The notes: generated from the letters alone by a model not told the origin. A stretch of 64,000 nt of DNA from Eledone cirrhosa (GCA_964016885.1 CAXHJY010001656.1:1-64000), one strand, 5' to 3'; positions 1 to 11,945 are shown, counted from the first letter of the stretch. Numbers and translations are program-made.

Positions 1-705
1 ACCACTCTCAGAAAGAGGGAGGGGGGGGGGGGGGGGCAGACACAGACAACCAGGTGGGGGGGGGGAGAGAAAACCATATGGACAGAAATAGACAATGAGA
101 GGTGGGGGTATGGTGTTTCTGTGGGGTGGGGCATCCTGTTGATGGTGGGATAAAGGTATGCAGGATGTGAGGAAGAGGAAGAGGAGAGGAGTAACTCTGA
201 AGAGAGGGCTGGGGAGTTGGTATGGGATGCAGCAGAAAGACAACTGAATATAATAGTGAAAACAAAAGGTGGTGATGATGGAAGACAGGTTGGGATATAA
301 TGTGGTTGAGGTGGGGCTGGGGTGGGCGGTGGAGGAACAGGAACGAGGGAGGAGGTAGTATGGCAGAGGGAGGAGGTAGTATGGCAGAGGGAGAGGGTCA
401 GGCTCACCTCCACCCATTTCTCATGACTGGGTGAAATGATTCACTTGTAGGTGGAGTAGGTGATGATGGTACTGGGAGAGAGAGAGAGTGAATGGACTAT
501 ATGGTTATAATAGGGGTAAATGGAAATAGAGAAAGAGAAAAGGGGAGTGAAAGGTAGAAAGAAAGAAAAGAAAAAAGAAAGAAAGGGTGGGGGTGGGGGT
601 TAAGGTGGGCATACATCTGTACATTGAAGGGCATTTAGTAATTTTAAGGTTTACTCAGCAATAATATTTAGGGCATGATGATAATTTGGTGTTTATGTAT
701 CATCA

Positions 706-890
706 GGGACCCCGATGGCTGAGCTTCTGCCGTTTCAACAGCTAGATCCGAACTGTTCAATCTAGCTGTTGAAATGGCAGAAGCTCAGCCGTCTGTGTCC
801 CAAATTTTTCATACTACCCACTCTACTACCCCAAATGTCGGGTACTCTAGTGAGTGATGATCTAACTGGTTTTTACTGCATTCATTCTGA
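706..890 (+). mobile_element. Short palindromic-head PLE derivative (3' half of hammerhead + tail)
   Basis: Hairpin 706-801 centred on GCTAGATCCGAACTGTTCAATCTAGC; tail TACCCACTCTACTACCC; ends in (TA)n. Confidence 0.75.
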
Positions 891-948
891 TATATATATA
901 TATATATATATACTTGAGGTAGTAGAGTGGGTAATAGGAACCAGTAAG

Positions 949-1042
949 ACCCCGACAGCTGAGCTCAAGCCGTTTCGACGGCTAATTCTGGACTAAATGA
1001 ACATTTATCCTGGTATTTAAATAGCCGATCTTCTCAAGGGGT
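949..1042 (-). ncRNA. Type I hammerhead ribozyme with U3-A8 covaried core in the PLE 3' end
   Basis: Minus strand: ACCCC-UUGAGAA-GA(U)CGGCUA...UAGCCGUC-GAAA-CGGC(uugagcuca)GCUG-UC-GGGGU; all three helices pair; GUC cleavage triplet (cut between 954 and 953). Confidence 0.8.
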
Positions 1043-1244
1043 AATTCCATATATGGTCAAAGTGATTGTCAAAAATCAGTAGTAATTCTGTGGTTGCAAA
1101 TTAGTAGGGGAGATGGTGGCTAAACCTGCCAGTAGGAGAAAGAGGGGAGGGGGTGGAGTAGACCCAATCAAGCGTTGGTAGTGCCAGCTACAGCTGGGCA
1201 TGAGGTCAAAGAAGATACAGGGGAGGGGGAGGGGGAGGAAGTCG
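1001..1244. repeat. Arm 1 of 244-bp inverted repeat (partner 4018-4261)
   Basis: Reverse-complement match; no mismatch noticed by eye. Confidence 0.95.
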
Positions 1245-2144
1245 GAACGGTAGGTAGAACAATGGGGGGTAAAAATAGGAAAGAAAAAATACTGAGAGTG
1301 AAGAAAAGCAAATAAGTGTAAAGAAAAAATTAAATTCTACGACCTAGGTGTCAGGCTATTGTTAGGCGAGAATAAAATAAAGAAAGAAAGAAAGAAAGAA
1401 GTAAATAAATAAATAAATAAATAAATAAGGAAATAAGTAAAAGAACTAGGTGGGACGAATTAGGCAAGGACCCTATTAAGAGGTATAAGTACGTAAATGA
1501 TACGGTGACTGGTCAACAAAAGGGGCCAAAATACTAAAGAGACTACCACGAAATAAACAATAAAGGTTTCCATCCCGGGCCAGCAACGACCCAGTGCAGC
1601 AAAGTGAACTTGTACGACATAATAATTCTGAGTCCCGGGAAAAATATATACTAATGCTAACTCTAAAAGATCTAAAACAAGCTACATGAAAGTTCGTACG
1701 AAATAAAGGTAGAATACGGAGAAATAAGTTCAGAATCCACCCCGCCCAGAAGAAAAGCGAAGCAAGAAATACTGAAACGAAAAAATAAGGCATAAGTGCC
1801 ACTAAGAAATATAGAGGGCACAGAGAATAGTGGGAGCGGTCGGAAAAGGGGGGCAAGTATCCGGGGTCTAAGCCAACTGCTATAAAGGGCGGAGTCCGCC
1901 AAATCTATCAAAGACTAGGGGAGGGGGGAGTGGGGGTACTAAGGCTACATGGGGCCAAAGGGCAGCCTCGGGTGGGCGAGAAAAGACGCCGACAAAGGAG
2001 AAGAGCTGGGGTAGAAGGACAAAGGAGAGAGGGGGGAAGGAAATAAAGGATGCGATAAAAGAATACAAAGAAGATCTTACGTCTTCCTTGGCAAGCAGGG
2101 GTTACCCATTGCAAAATCGGCAACTGGGGTGTTATAGCCCTAGT

Positions 2145-3962
2145 CTACCCCCCCGGGTCATTATGGGGTTTGAGGGCGAGGTAAGTCCTACGCAATCTAT
2201 GTTTACATGCAGTAACCAGTTCATCTTTCTTGTTTAGGAGTTGGTCCGTCGAAAACAGCATTTGTAAAGTTTCCTCCGAGCATAAATTGCACGGACGGCG
2301 TCCTCCCGTGTAAGAATTGGCTCTGGACAGTAATCTCCAAGTGAGATCATAGGTGATGTTGTTGTCCTTGAGGTCCCATATGTGGCCCGAAAGTGTAGTG
2401 GCGTGACGCCGGGCCGGGTTTCGGAAGGTATGTCTATGTTGGTATAGCCGGGTCTTGAAGTCACATGCGGTAAGTCCTATATAGGCTTTGTTGGAGGTAT
2501 CCGTCCTCACGTTGCACTGGTAGATCACATTACGGTCTCTGCATCTATTGTCGAGTGGGCAAATAGATCTATCCGGGCAGTTACACCTCCTGGTCGGTTC
2601 TCCACTGCTATTTAGGTTATTTCTGCCATCGGGGTTGAGTTTTTTGTTGTTAGAGGAGACGATGTTTTGTGCGAAGTTTGGTGTAGTGCTGTAAGAGAGT
2701 TTGATGGTATTTTTGTTAATTATGTTGTGGTAGCGGTGTTGTAATGGGAAGTGTTTTTCAATGAGCCTAAAGAATAGTTTCCCGATGGGAGTAGTCACCT
2801 CTGCGTTGTGGGGAGGATTGAACCATGTTACATTGCGTGAGCGGCGGTGTCTCCTGCTGGTTCCGCTAATGGGATCTGGACAGTAGGATATTTCCTCCCG
2901 GAAACCACTCCGCTTGAGGGCCTGGTTGTAATAAGGCGCATGTTCATCGAATATCCGCTCATTAGCTGACAAACGGGATATGCGGAGGGAGATGTTTTTG
3001 ACCAGGTTGTTTGTGATGTTCCTAGGATGGTTTGATCGGCGGTGGATGTAGTGCAGATTGTCATTAGGTTTCCTGTATGGGTAGTACAGGTCGTTTTCGA
3101 GGTCGAGGGTTACGTCCAGGAAGTTTACTCGGGTCAGGGACGTTTGTAGGGTTATTTTAAATCCCCAGTCGCGGAAGAATCTGATTAATTGTTTCCGGAC
3201 CCGATCTGTACTACTGGGGTTGTACCCTTTAAGGGTAAGGAGCCCATCATCACGGTACAATCCACCACCGAATGCAGGAAACATATCAGTGAGTTTGGCT
3301 ATTAGGAATAATCCTATAAGATCAGTGACCTCCGCCGAATCAGTGGCGCCCATGCTGACGTCGAAGGGTGAGTCGGGAGCTCTTTTTATCCATTTAGAGT
3401 CGTCAAAGAGTAAGACTGTCTTCCTGGCGTGGAGGATGATTTTTCTTTCCTGGTCGGTGATGGGCACGAGTGTTTCGGCGAAGTCCAAGGCGGCAGTAAG
3501 TAGCGGTAAGGTGATTGAAGCATAGTAGCTCTCTATGTCGAACTGTATGAATTTAGTTTCTCGTTTATCCTCCATATTGCTGAACCAGGAGATTACTTCC
3601 TGGGTGTTGATCCATAGGCTAAGTCGGGTGTGTTGCTTGACTTTTGGTATCACGCGGTCTAGGATTTTTTTGCTGATTCTCCCTATGTCGGACTTCGTTG
3701 GGTTAATAAGCCTGATGGAGGGTTTACGGTCAAAATCGGATTTATGGTCCTTCAGTGTGAAGTATGGTGTCCGTGGGTCTAGAGGTTCCGTGCGGTCGGC
3801 GACCCCGAGGCTGGAGGTGATTTGTTGTCCATCTCGATTTATGTCCTCGATGCAAGAGTGGTTGGCCTTTTTATAGGTGGAGTTTAGGCTGCTCCTGATC
3901 AGTGTGTGGTATCTGTCAGGGTTGACAAAGTATAGGTTCCCAGTTTTATCCGAATGCACCAT
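2145..3962 (-). CDS. PLE reverse transcriptase + GIY-YIG endonuclease (605 aa from first Met; frame stays open upstream to the junction at ~4017, so N-terminally truncated)
   Basis: RT motifs SDKT, FDIESYY, SMGATDS, LYRDDGL, NFLDVTL, YRKP; Cys linker CNC-x5-CPL-x3-C; GIY-YIG as NVIY...YIGLT; C-terminal CNLC-x-EE...LLNKKDEL...CKH; no internal stops. Confidence 0.93.
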   Translation of the reverse strand: MVHSDKTGNLYFVNPDRYHTLIRSSLNSTYKKANHSCIEDINRDGQQITSSLGVADRTEPLDPRTPYFTLKDHKSDFDRKPSIRLINPTKSDIGRISKKILDRVIPKVKQHTRLSLWINTQEVISWFSNMEDKRETKFIQFDIESYYASITLPLLTAALDFAETLVPITDQERKIILHARKTVLLFDDSKWIKRAPDSPFDVSMGATDSAEVTDLIGLFLIAKLTDMFPAFGGGLYRDDGLLTLKGYNPSSTDRVRKQLIRFFRDWGFKITLQTSLTRVNFLDVTLDLENDLYYPYRKPNDNLHYIHRRSNHPRNITNNLVKNISLRISRLSANERIFDEHAPYYNQALKRSGFREEISYCPDPISGTSRRHRRSRNVTWFNPPHNAEVTTPIGKLFFRLIEKHFPLQHRYHNIINKNTIKLSYSTTPNFAQNIVSSNNKKLNPDGRNNLNSSGEPTRRCNCPDRSICPLDNRCRDRNVIYQCNVRTDTSNKAYIGLTACDFKTRLYQHRHTFRNPARRHATTLSGHIWDLKDNNITYDLTWRLLSRANSYTGGRRPCNLCSEETLQMLFSTDQLLNKKDELVTACKHRLRRTYLALKPHNDPGG

Positions 3963-4017
3963 GATGTCATTTGTGTTATCATACTCTGTTAAGTTGCTAC
4001 GGAGTTTTTGTAGGAAT

Positions 4018-4257
4018 CGACTTCCTCCCCCTCCCCCTCCCCTGTATCTTCTTTGACCTCATGCCCAGCTGTAGCTGGCACTACCAACGCTTGATTGGGT
4101 CTACTCCACCCCCTCCCCTCTTTCTCCTACTGGCAGGTTTAGCCACCATCTCCCCTACTAATTTGCAACCACAGAATTACTACTGATTTTTGACAATCAC
4201 TTTGACCATATATGGAATTACCCCTTGAGAAGATCGGCTATTTAAATACCAGGATAA

Positions 4258-4261
<4 letters not shown>
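4018..4261. repeat. Arm 2 of 244-bp inverted repeat (inverted pLTR-like segment)
   Basis: Reverse complement of 1001-1244; interrupts the ORF frame at 4017 and runs into (TA)n. Confidence 0.95.
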
Positions 4262-4309
<48 letters not shown>

Positions 4310-5183
4310 TGCTATATTTATATGCACCAGTTTATAGCTGTTTTCCCATGCTGGCAAGGTCTAACAAAAACTAGTCGGAGACATGGTGTAAATTTTCAAA
4401 ATCTATTTAAAGTTGTGCCCCAGAAAAATAAAAAAAGAATATATATGTGTGTCTAATTTAGAATAGGAAGTGATTAAAAAGGGGTTGGTGTCATAAAGGA
4501 TATCCAGCTGTAAAACATTGCCTCAAATAGTCCTGCCCAACCCAATATATATATATATATATTTTCATATTTGGATGATGAAGCTCGGCCATATGTATAG
4601 TGTTTTCGTGGAATTAAAATTATAAATTTTCCAGTCCGGCCTTCTGTTGCTTTTCATGAATATTTCATTTCGTTCCTGCACCAACCACTGGATACTACAT
4701 CTACAATGGATGATCTGCATAACATCGAGTGCTTTAATTTATTGTATTATCGTTTACTAACCGGGATCGCCAGTTTTACCTACACGGATACACTGGAAGA
4801 GAAAGACTGAGCATGACATATATTGATGCCCTTACATATGTCTCTGGGAGACATAGGACATAGCAGCGATGATGAAGGACAGAGACTGCTGGAGAGAATT
4901 CATCCATGGATGTTGGGTTATTAATGGATGTAAGAAAAAGTTCTCAAAACTGAAGTAGAGTTTAATATTATTTGTTAAACAGGGAGCTTTGTTACACTGG
5001 TGTTTCACCTGCACACTCACAGAATTATCTCTCTTTCTCTGTGTGTATCTCTAACAAAATACACCCCCGTCTCACCACCCCCACCCCATCCACACTGCCC
5101 CTTTCAATGTAAAGTTATGTTGGTGCCACAACATCCAAGCCGAAACAAATGAGATTGTGTAGGTGTCACGACAAAAAAACACA

Positions 5184-5518
5184 CAGTCCACGCTGTAATG
5201 TGGCCGTGTAGGTAACACGGTAAAAACCTCCCAACCCCACACTGTAAATGTGGTTGGTGTTAGGAAGGGCATCCAGCTGTAGAAAGCCCGCCAGACAGTC
5301 CACGCTGTAATGTGGCCGTGTAGGCAACACGGTAAAAACCTCCCAGCCCCACACTGTAAATGTGGTTGGTGTTAGGAAGGGCATCCAGCTGTAGAAAACC
5401 CGCCAGACAGTCCCTATGCGAGCAAGACAATCACTCTTGCCTCAAGTGGAAAACCCCCGTCCAAACCCATGCAAGCGTGGAACACGGACTTTTAAACGAT
5501 GATGATGATGATGATGAT
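5184..5518 (+). mobile_element. SINE 3' region with ~112-bp internal tandem duplication and (GAT)n tail
   Basis: CAGTCCACGCTG...GGAAGGGCATCCAGCTGTAGAAA..CCGCCAGA occurs twice; similar motif at ~4482-4520. Confidence 0.6.
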
Positions 5519-6900
5519 ATATACACACACACACACACACGACAGGCTTTTAAAGCTTCCACTTACCAAATTCCTTTCACAAGTGATTAGTCAACACTAG
5601 TCTACTGTAGGAGGTGCCACACAGTGGGAACTGCACTCAGTTCCTCGTGGTTGCACAGAGCATACCTTCAACTACATACATACACTCACTATACACACAC
5701 ACCCCATGCACAGAATGGTTTGCTGTATTCATTCTGGAACTCTGTGCTCTGAGTTTCAAATCCTGCCCTTCATCTACGTAGGCTCTACAAAAAAGTAAGA
5801 GTCCAGTACTGGGGTCGATTCTTCCTCCATATCTCTTTCGTTCTCTCTTCTTCTCTGGAAGAAATCTGGTTGTGGTGCAGGCCTGGAGAGGGATGGGCAC
5901 TGCCTTATTTCATATGTCCTTACAGCACTATCAGGAGTTACAGGGGATGGAAGGGGTCCAAACATTTATATATATGGAAATTAAAAACCACAGGGCTCAC
6001 ACACATGTGTATATCATCATCATCATCATCATCATCATGGGTGTGTGTGTAAATGAATACAAACACACACTCAGGTCTGTTTATCTGTCTCCAGTACCTC
6101 CACAAAATGAAATAGTGACATCTCCTCTCTTCATATAGACATAAATCAACCCAGAAAGACAGTCAAATTGAACCTCCCTACACAGCCCCTATCTCCCAAA
6201 TATCCCCCCCCCCCTAACTATCTACAAAGATTTTTAATAGAATTTGCTTAACTATTATTGTGAAAAGGCCAAGTGTCTGATGTGTTGTGCACCTCAACAC
6301 CTACCCCACTGGTTGATGTGGGAGGGTGGGGTGATGTTGAAGTAAAGGGTGTGGGGGCTATTGTCTGAGAAACCCCCTTTTTTTTTCTTCAAAACTGAAC
6401 CTTTAAAACATTCTCCCTGAAGATAAGAAATGGGGGTGTGGTGTGTTGTGATGGAGGGGAAGTACCATAAATAGCTTCCCATTCAGTTGACTAAAACACA
6501 ACATTCAACACTTTGGCTGTCTAGTTTGGTGTAACCCACCCTTATTATTTGGTGGTGATGGTGGTTGATGATGGCCTCATTGTCGTCGTTGTTGTTGTTG
6601 TTGTTTTTCTAGTGTTGGTATTGTTATAATGATGGTGATGGTGGTGGTTCCAGGGTTGGTGGTATTGACGATGTTTTTAAGAATAGCGTTGGTCTTGTTG
6701 TGATGATGTGGTAGTGGTGGTGGTGGTGTTGTTGATGCTGTTGGTGTGGTGCCAGTGTTGGTGTTACTGCTTTTGTGGTGATGTTCTTGTGGTGGCGTTT
6801 GTTGATGGTTTTTGGTGATCGTCTTGTTGCGGTGTTGGTGGTGTCAGTGTTTGTGGTGGTTGTTGCTGTCATTATTATTGCTACTGTTCAATATTTGAAG

Positions 6901-7240
6901 TCGCGGTGAATTGGCAGTATCGGTAGAGGGTTGGACGCCATGCTTTCTAGCATAGTTACGTCCCTTTACAGTCTGAGTTCAAATCCTGCCTTTCATCCTT
7001 ACGGGGTCGATAAAATAAAGTACGCAGTAATGTACTGGGTAATTGCTGGCCTTGTGCCAAAAGTAGAAACAATTATTATATTTGAAGTTACGCATAGAGT
7101 TACGGCCCTTGCCATTCTGAGTTCAAATCCCGCCGAGGTTAACTTTGCCTTTCATCCTTACGGGGTCGATAAAATGAAGTACCAGTAATGCACTGTGGGT
7201 AATTGCTGGCCTTGTGCCCAAAGTAGAAACAATTATTATA
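6901..7240 (+). mobile_element. Two tandem copies of tRNA-derived SINE (family A)
   Basis: A-box-like TGGCAGTATCGG, B-box GAGTTCAAATCC, core CTTTGCCTTTCATCCTTACGGGGTCGATAAAAT, tail GTAGAAACAATTATT; ATATTTGAAGT repeated at all three junctions. Confidence 0.85.
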
Positions 7241-7433
7241 TTTGAAGTTATAAAACATTAAAAACATTTGTGCGTATGTGTATGTTATCTGTGAAAGTAT
7301 GTGTGTTTCTATGTGCATGTGTTTTGTGTGTGCGAGTGAATTAGAATTTGATTTTTTCGCTGTAACATAACGGATACGTAAAATGTACTCGTGCGTTTTG
7401 AAAATAAAAATACAAACGAAAGACAGATTTCCA

Positions 7434-7590
7434 TGATCATCTGCCATGTCTTGGACAGTTTCGACTCCTACCAATGGTACAGCTGGTCCACCCCGGATCA
7501 CAGCGTCTCATACAAGCCAAAGCGCAGTCTAGCTGGAGTCAAGAAACAAGACAATGCAATAACTTATAGCAATTAAGCTATAACAAGTAC
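7434..7590. repeat. Unclassified dispersed repeat, second copy at ~9256-9420
   Basis: Shared CAGTTTCGAC.CCTACCAATGGTAC and TTATAGCAATTAAGCTAT.ACAAGTAC. Confidence 0.7.
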
Positions 7591-8265
7591 GCATTGAATT
7601 TTTTATGTGACGTCAGAGAGAATGTATTGTACTTTTTGTAGCACGAAAGTTTTTTTTCTCGTTTTCTCTGTCTCCCTCTCATCTTAACCCCACTCTGTGG
7701 TCAAATCTGGAGAAGGATGGGTGCCACGAGGTTTAAATATCCAAGGGATGATGCATGTCACGATGAGGTCACTACAGATCCCTCAAGGGTTAAGGGAGCA
7801 GCGATAAATGAATGTACATGATGTACTTAGAATTAATAGAACAGATTAGAAACATTTTGTTTTTATTGCGCTAATATCTAATAATATTTCCAATTAAGAA
7901 AACAATAATATTTAAATGAAACAAAAAAGGAAAGAGAAGAAAGAAAAAAGAAAAAAAAAGAGAATTAAGCAACGAAAGAAAGGAAGGTGAGGAGGGAAGG
8001 ACAGACTCTGCACACCAGTCTGAGCGGTGATTCAGCCGTGTTCTGCAGACAGAATGGCGAAACCCGCTACAATAGACAGCCCGCCTCAAGGGGGCTCCTT
8101 AGAACTTGAGAGGATAAACAACTGCTGGTCGTATCTAGATCACTTGCCCTCTATTCTGCCAAGGGTGTGTCACACTACTAGGTATGTGGCGGGGTGAGTA
8201 GGGGAACGGTTAGTTGCATCAAGGGAGATAATTTAATGAGTGTACGAAATAATTGTGACAATTAA

Positions 8266-8326
<61 letters not shown>

Positions 8327-8437
8327 GTGTGTGTGTGTTTGATTAAAACAACAATATATATATATATAAGTATTGAAGTTTCCGTTGAAAAGTGAAAATT
8401 GAAAAAGTCATATGGAGTGAAGAGTGCTCTATGCAAC

Positions 8438-8478
<41 letters not shown>

Positions 8479-8490
8479 TATGTGTGTGTG

Positions 8491-8530
<40 letters not shown>

Positions 8531-8996
8531 TATAAGGGGACTTTTTCTTTCTTTTTCTTGTTGACATCGTATGGAATATAAAAAAAAAATCAAATTGAAA
8601 CCGGAAATTATAAATCAGTTAATTAGAGCAGAAAATATTAATCTGATAATTAGGCAGTGAGGTAAGGGGCAAAATAAATTTGCCAGGATGGGATTGGCTG
8701 GAAAAGTAGTAGACACTGTTTTGTAAATAGATAAAGTTTTTAGATTAGTGATGAGCGGAGTAGGAAGGTGAAGTGGGTGGGTAGCTGGTTACTTTGTTAG
8801 ACCCAAACAAGTTTTGGAGCCATTGGCGTAATCTAAAAATAATAAACTACGAAGAATTGAAAAGTGTGTGTAAAAGAGAGAGAGAGAGATTGTGTGTGTG
8901 TGTTACATTTCTTTGAATATCTTACGAGTATATAATCATAAATATGTAGACAACAATACTGTATACACACACAACCTCTCCCATACCTATATATAC

Positions 8997-9039
<43 letters not shown>

Positions 9040-9461
9040 TATATATATATATATATAAATGTCTGGTTTTGCTTGATTGGTGAGCAAAATGGGGCTGGAG
9101 TCGGGTGTATAACACAAATATGGATCTAGAGCCACCTATCTGTGGAAACCGCTCGTAAATCAACAAAGAGATGACAAGACAACAAATGAAAAACAAAAGA
9201 GGAATCCTTTAAAAAAATGTTAAATAAAAAATAGAAACGAAAAACAAAACACTAGGGTCATCCGCTGTTGAGATGGACTTTGGCAGTTTCGACCCCTACC
9301 AATGGTACCTAGCCGGTCAACTCGGAGTCATAGCGTCTGACACATGTCAGAGCGCTCTCCTATGGAATAAGAGACGAGTCAAAACAGCAATTTATAGCAA
9401 TTAAGCTATGACAAGTACACATACAATTTCACATGACGACAAAGGATATATATATATATAT

Positions 9462-9582
9462 ATAATTGTTTCTACTTTTGGCACAAGGCCAGCAATAACC
9501 CAGTACATTACTGGTACTTTATTGTATCGACCCCGTAAGGATGAAAGGCAAAAGTTAACCTCGGCGGGATTTGAACTCAGAC
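9462..9582 (-). mobile_element. SINE family A, 5'-truncated
   Basis: Reverse complement of B-box, core and tail. Confidence 0.8.
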
Positions 9583-9773
9583 TATATATATAATGGATGC
9601 AAAATGCCGACTGTTTAAGAAGTTTGTTTGGTAATCAGTTCTCAGGTTTGATCCCGTAGTGTGTGATGTTGAGCAAGTGTCATTTACCATAGTCTGTGGA
9701 GACTCTTGCCAAGTGGGTGAAATTAAGTAGACGGAGGTCCATAACACACACACATATATTTATATATATATAG

Positions 9774-9846
<73 letters not shown>

Positions 9847-10112
9847 AATAAACACCAAGGTTCAATACATTAACATTATTTAATTGATTTACATGTTTCA
9901 TTCAAATACAAAAGAAGGTAGTATTTACGTTAGAACTTTAAAAGTCTGACTGCCTTATATAGTTGTATCAACTCGTATAATCTACCTTATATATACACAC
10001 ACCTTACACACACATATATATATATATTTATGTGTGTTTGTAGACATGTACATGCATTTGTGTACATAAATACTGGCTCACGCACTTTATTATTGCCTAC
10101 CATCCCCCCTAC

Positions 10113-10397
10113 CAGAGGTATAACTAGGGAAAATAGCGCCTATGACAAGCAGTGAAATTGCACCCCTACCTAGCACTGTATTTTTACCTATGGCCCTAAT
10201 AATTTATATAAATGGTTTAATGATCCGGCCACCATAGTGCTTCTCACTCATGATAACCAGAGACAGATCATACATCTGAAGGAGTTTCTTTTTTTCACTC
10301 ACCGACGAGGCTTATTTGACTTTTATAGAACGTGCTCCTAGTCAAAGAGGCGCCCATGTCACGTGCCATGCTTACCATAACCCTAGTTACCCCTCTG
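10113..10397. mobile_element. hAT-type MITE
   Basis: 17-bp TIRs CAGAGGTATAACTAGGG / CCCTAGTTACCCCTCTG; 8-bp TSD CCCCCTAC / CACCCTAC. Confidence 0.75.
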
Positions 10398-11272
10398 CAC
10401 CCTACCCTATTCCCGAATTATAAGGTTGATCTTTGTTCCCCTACCCAGTTGAAAAACATAAAAACATACAAAGACCATTGTTTGCTTTCGGCATCAATAA
10501 GTACTTTTAACGTTCACAATAAATTTATTTATCCCACGTAATTTTATTTTATCAGTTCTAACCCACACACAAAGACCCACACACAAAGACACACACACAC
10601 ACATGCGCGCGCGCGCGCTACGCTAACTTTAAGCCAGACTTCAAAATTTCATTTTATTAAAATCTAATGGATAATTTTTTTTTTACGTTTATTTATTTGT
10701 TTATTGCTTATTCAGAGAAGGAGGAGAAAGGCCACCGTGACCTTTCTGTGGGTCATTCGAGAATGAGGACAGGAAGGAGAGAAAGAACTCATGATTCATG
10801 AGTTACCAACTTTGAATAAGTTGATTCTGCAGGGCAATATGAGTGTGTGTGGGGGTTGACGGGGGGGCAACCGGTACATTGGGACGAGTGTGGGGTCGGG
10901 AGTGTGAGTGGGTGTTCGGAGAGCCAAGAAGAAGCGGGTACATGAAATCTGAGATATGTTGTCTGTTCAAATGAAATACAAATACAATGATATTTTGTTT
11001 ATATCACTTATATTCAACACGTAGAGGTTGTGGGTGGGAATGTTTCTTGGCGTTTGCGAGGTGGGGTTCTGTTGTTTTATTTTCATTTCAAACCCCTTTA
11101 CTACAACAAAAACATACGCTATTGTTGTTAGTGTTTAGGTCGAGGTCAGTAAATCTTTGATTAAAGAAAGACCATCTCGGCCTATCCCATCAGGTATTAC
11201 ATTCCTCAATGTATCCTTCCTTATTTGTTTAAGATAATAGAGCAGATAATGATTCCTAAAGCGGTTCCGCGA

Positions 11273-11320
<48 letters not shown>

Positions 11321-11738
11321 TATTTTTCTCCCCAAACTACCAAATCACACACACTTATTTGTATATGCGTTACAATTTATATATGTTGTTTTTCGCATAT
11401 CGAATTTTTTTAATATATCTTTGTCGATATTTGATAATAACAGCTAAACTAATCACTACAACTAAATTGACCAAATTTGCCCCCCCCCCCCCCCATTCGA
11501 CCTCATTCAGAAATGCTTCCACCGCCCCTGATATATATATATATATATATATATTTAATATAGAAATGGCTTCGACAGGACTAGAACTTCATTCAGAGGA
11601 AATCATCAGGAAAGTCTGATTGAACCCGGGATAAACATATATATCCGTATTTGGTTGACGGCTGAGAAAAAAGAGAACTCAATAGCAAAGTAGAGTTTTA
11701 ATATTCAATTTATTAAGGTGGTAAATAGTGGATCGTGT

Positions 11739-11776
11739 TACTCGAGAGTTTCGCCTGTTTATCACAGGGTCATCAG
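11739..11776 (-). ncRNA. Partial hammerhead core (helix I disrupted)
   Basis: CUGAUGA-CCCUG(ugauaaa)CAGGC-GAAA-CUC(uc)GAG-UA; upstream sequence is replaced by another repeat at 11777. Confidence 0.45.
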
Positions 11777-11874
11777 ATATTCTACCATACTATTTCATTC
11801 TAATACCATTATAAATTTTAAAGGATTGTAAATAAAAAGAGGTAAATCAGACAAAATTGGAATTCCTTTTATTA

Positions 11875-11909
<35 letters not shown>

Positions 11910-11945
11910 ACATAAGTCAATTGCATGAACTCATAATCCTTATTT

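Larger units (their letters stand above)
913..4261 (-). mobile_element. Penelope-like retroelement (Naiad-like), 5'-truncated, with inverted pLTR-like copy at its 5' end; bounded by (TA)n on both sides
   Basis: RT+GIY-YIG ORF; 4018-4261 is the reverse complement of 1001-1244; ~1.2 kb 3' UTR ending in a hammerhead fold; (TA)n at ~890-912 and 4261-4307. Confidence 0.92.

Noticed and set aside
3220-3876. Plus-strand ORFs of 101 and 113 aa
   Set aside because: Antisense shadows of the PLE ORF
2145-3962. Selenoprotein-type Naiad element
   Set aside because: No in-frame TGA; the conserved positions are Cys and the ORF ends in TAG
6911-6990. tRNA genes
   Set aside because: A/B boxes belong to SINE heads; no cloverleaf or acceptor stem found
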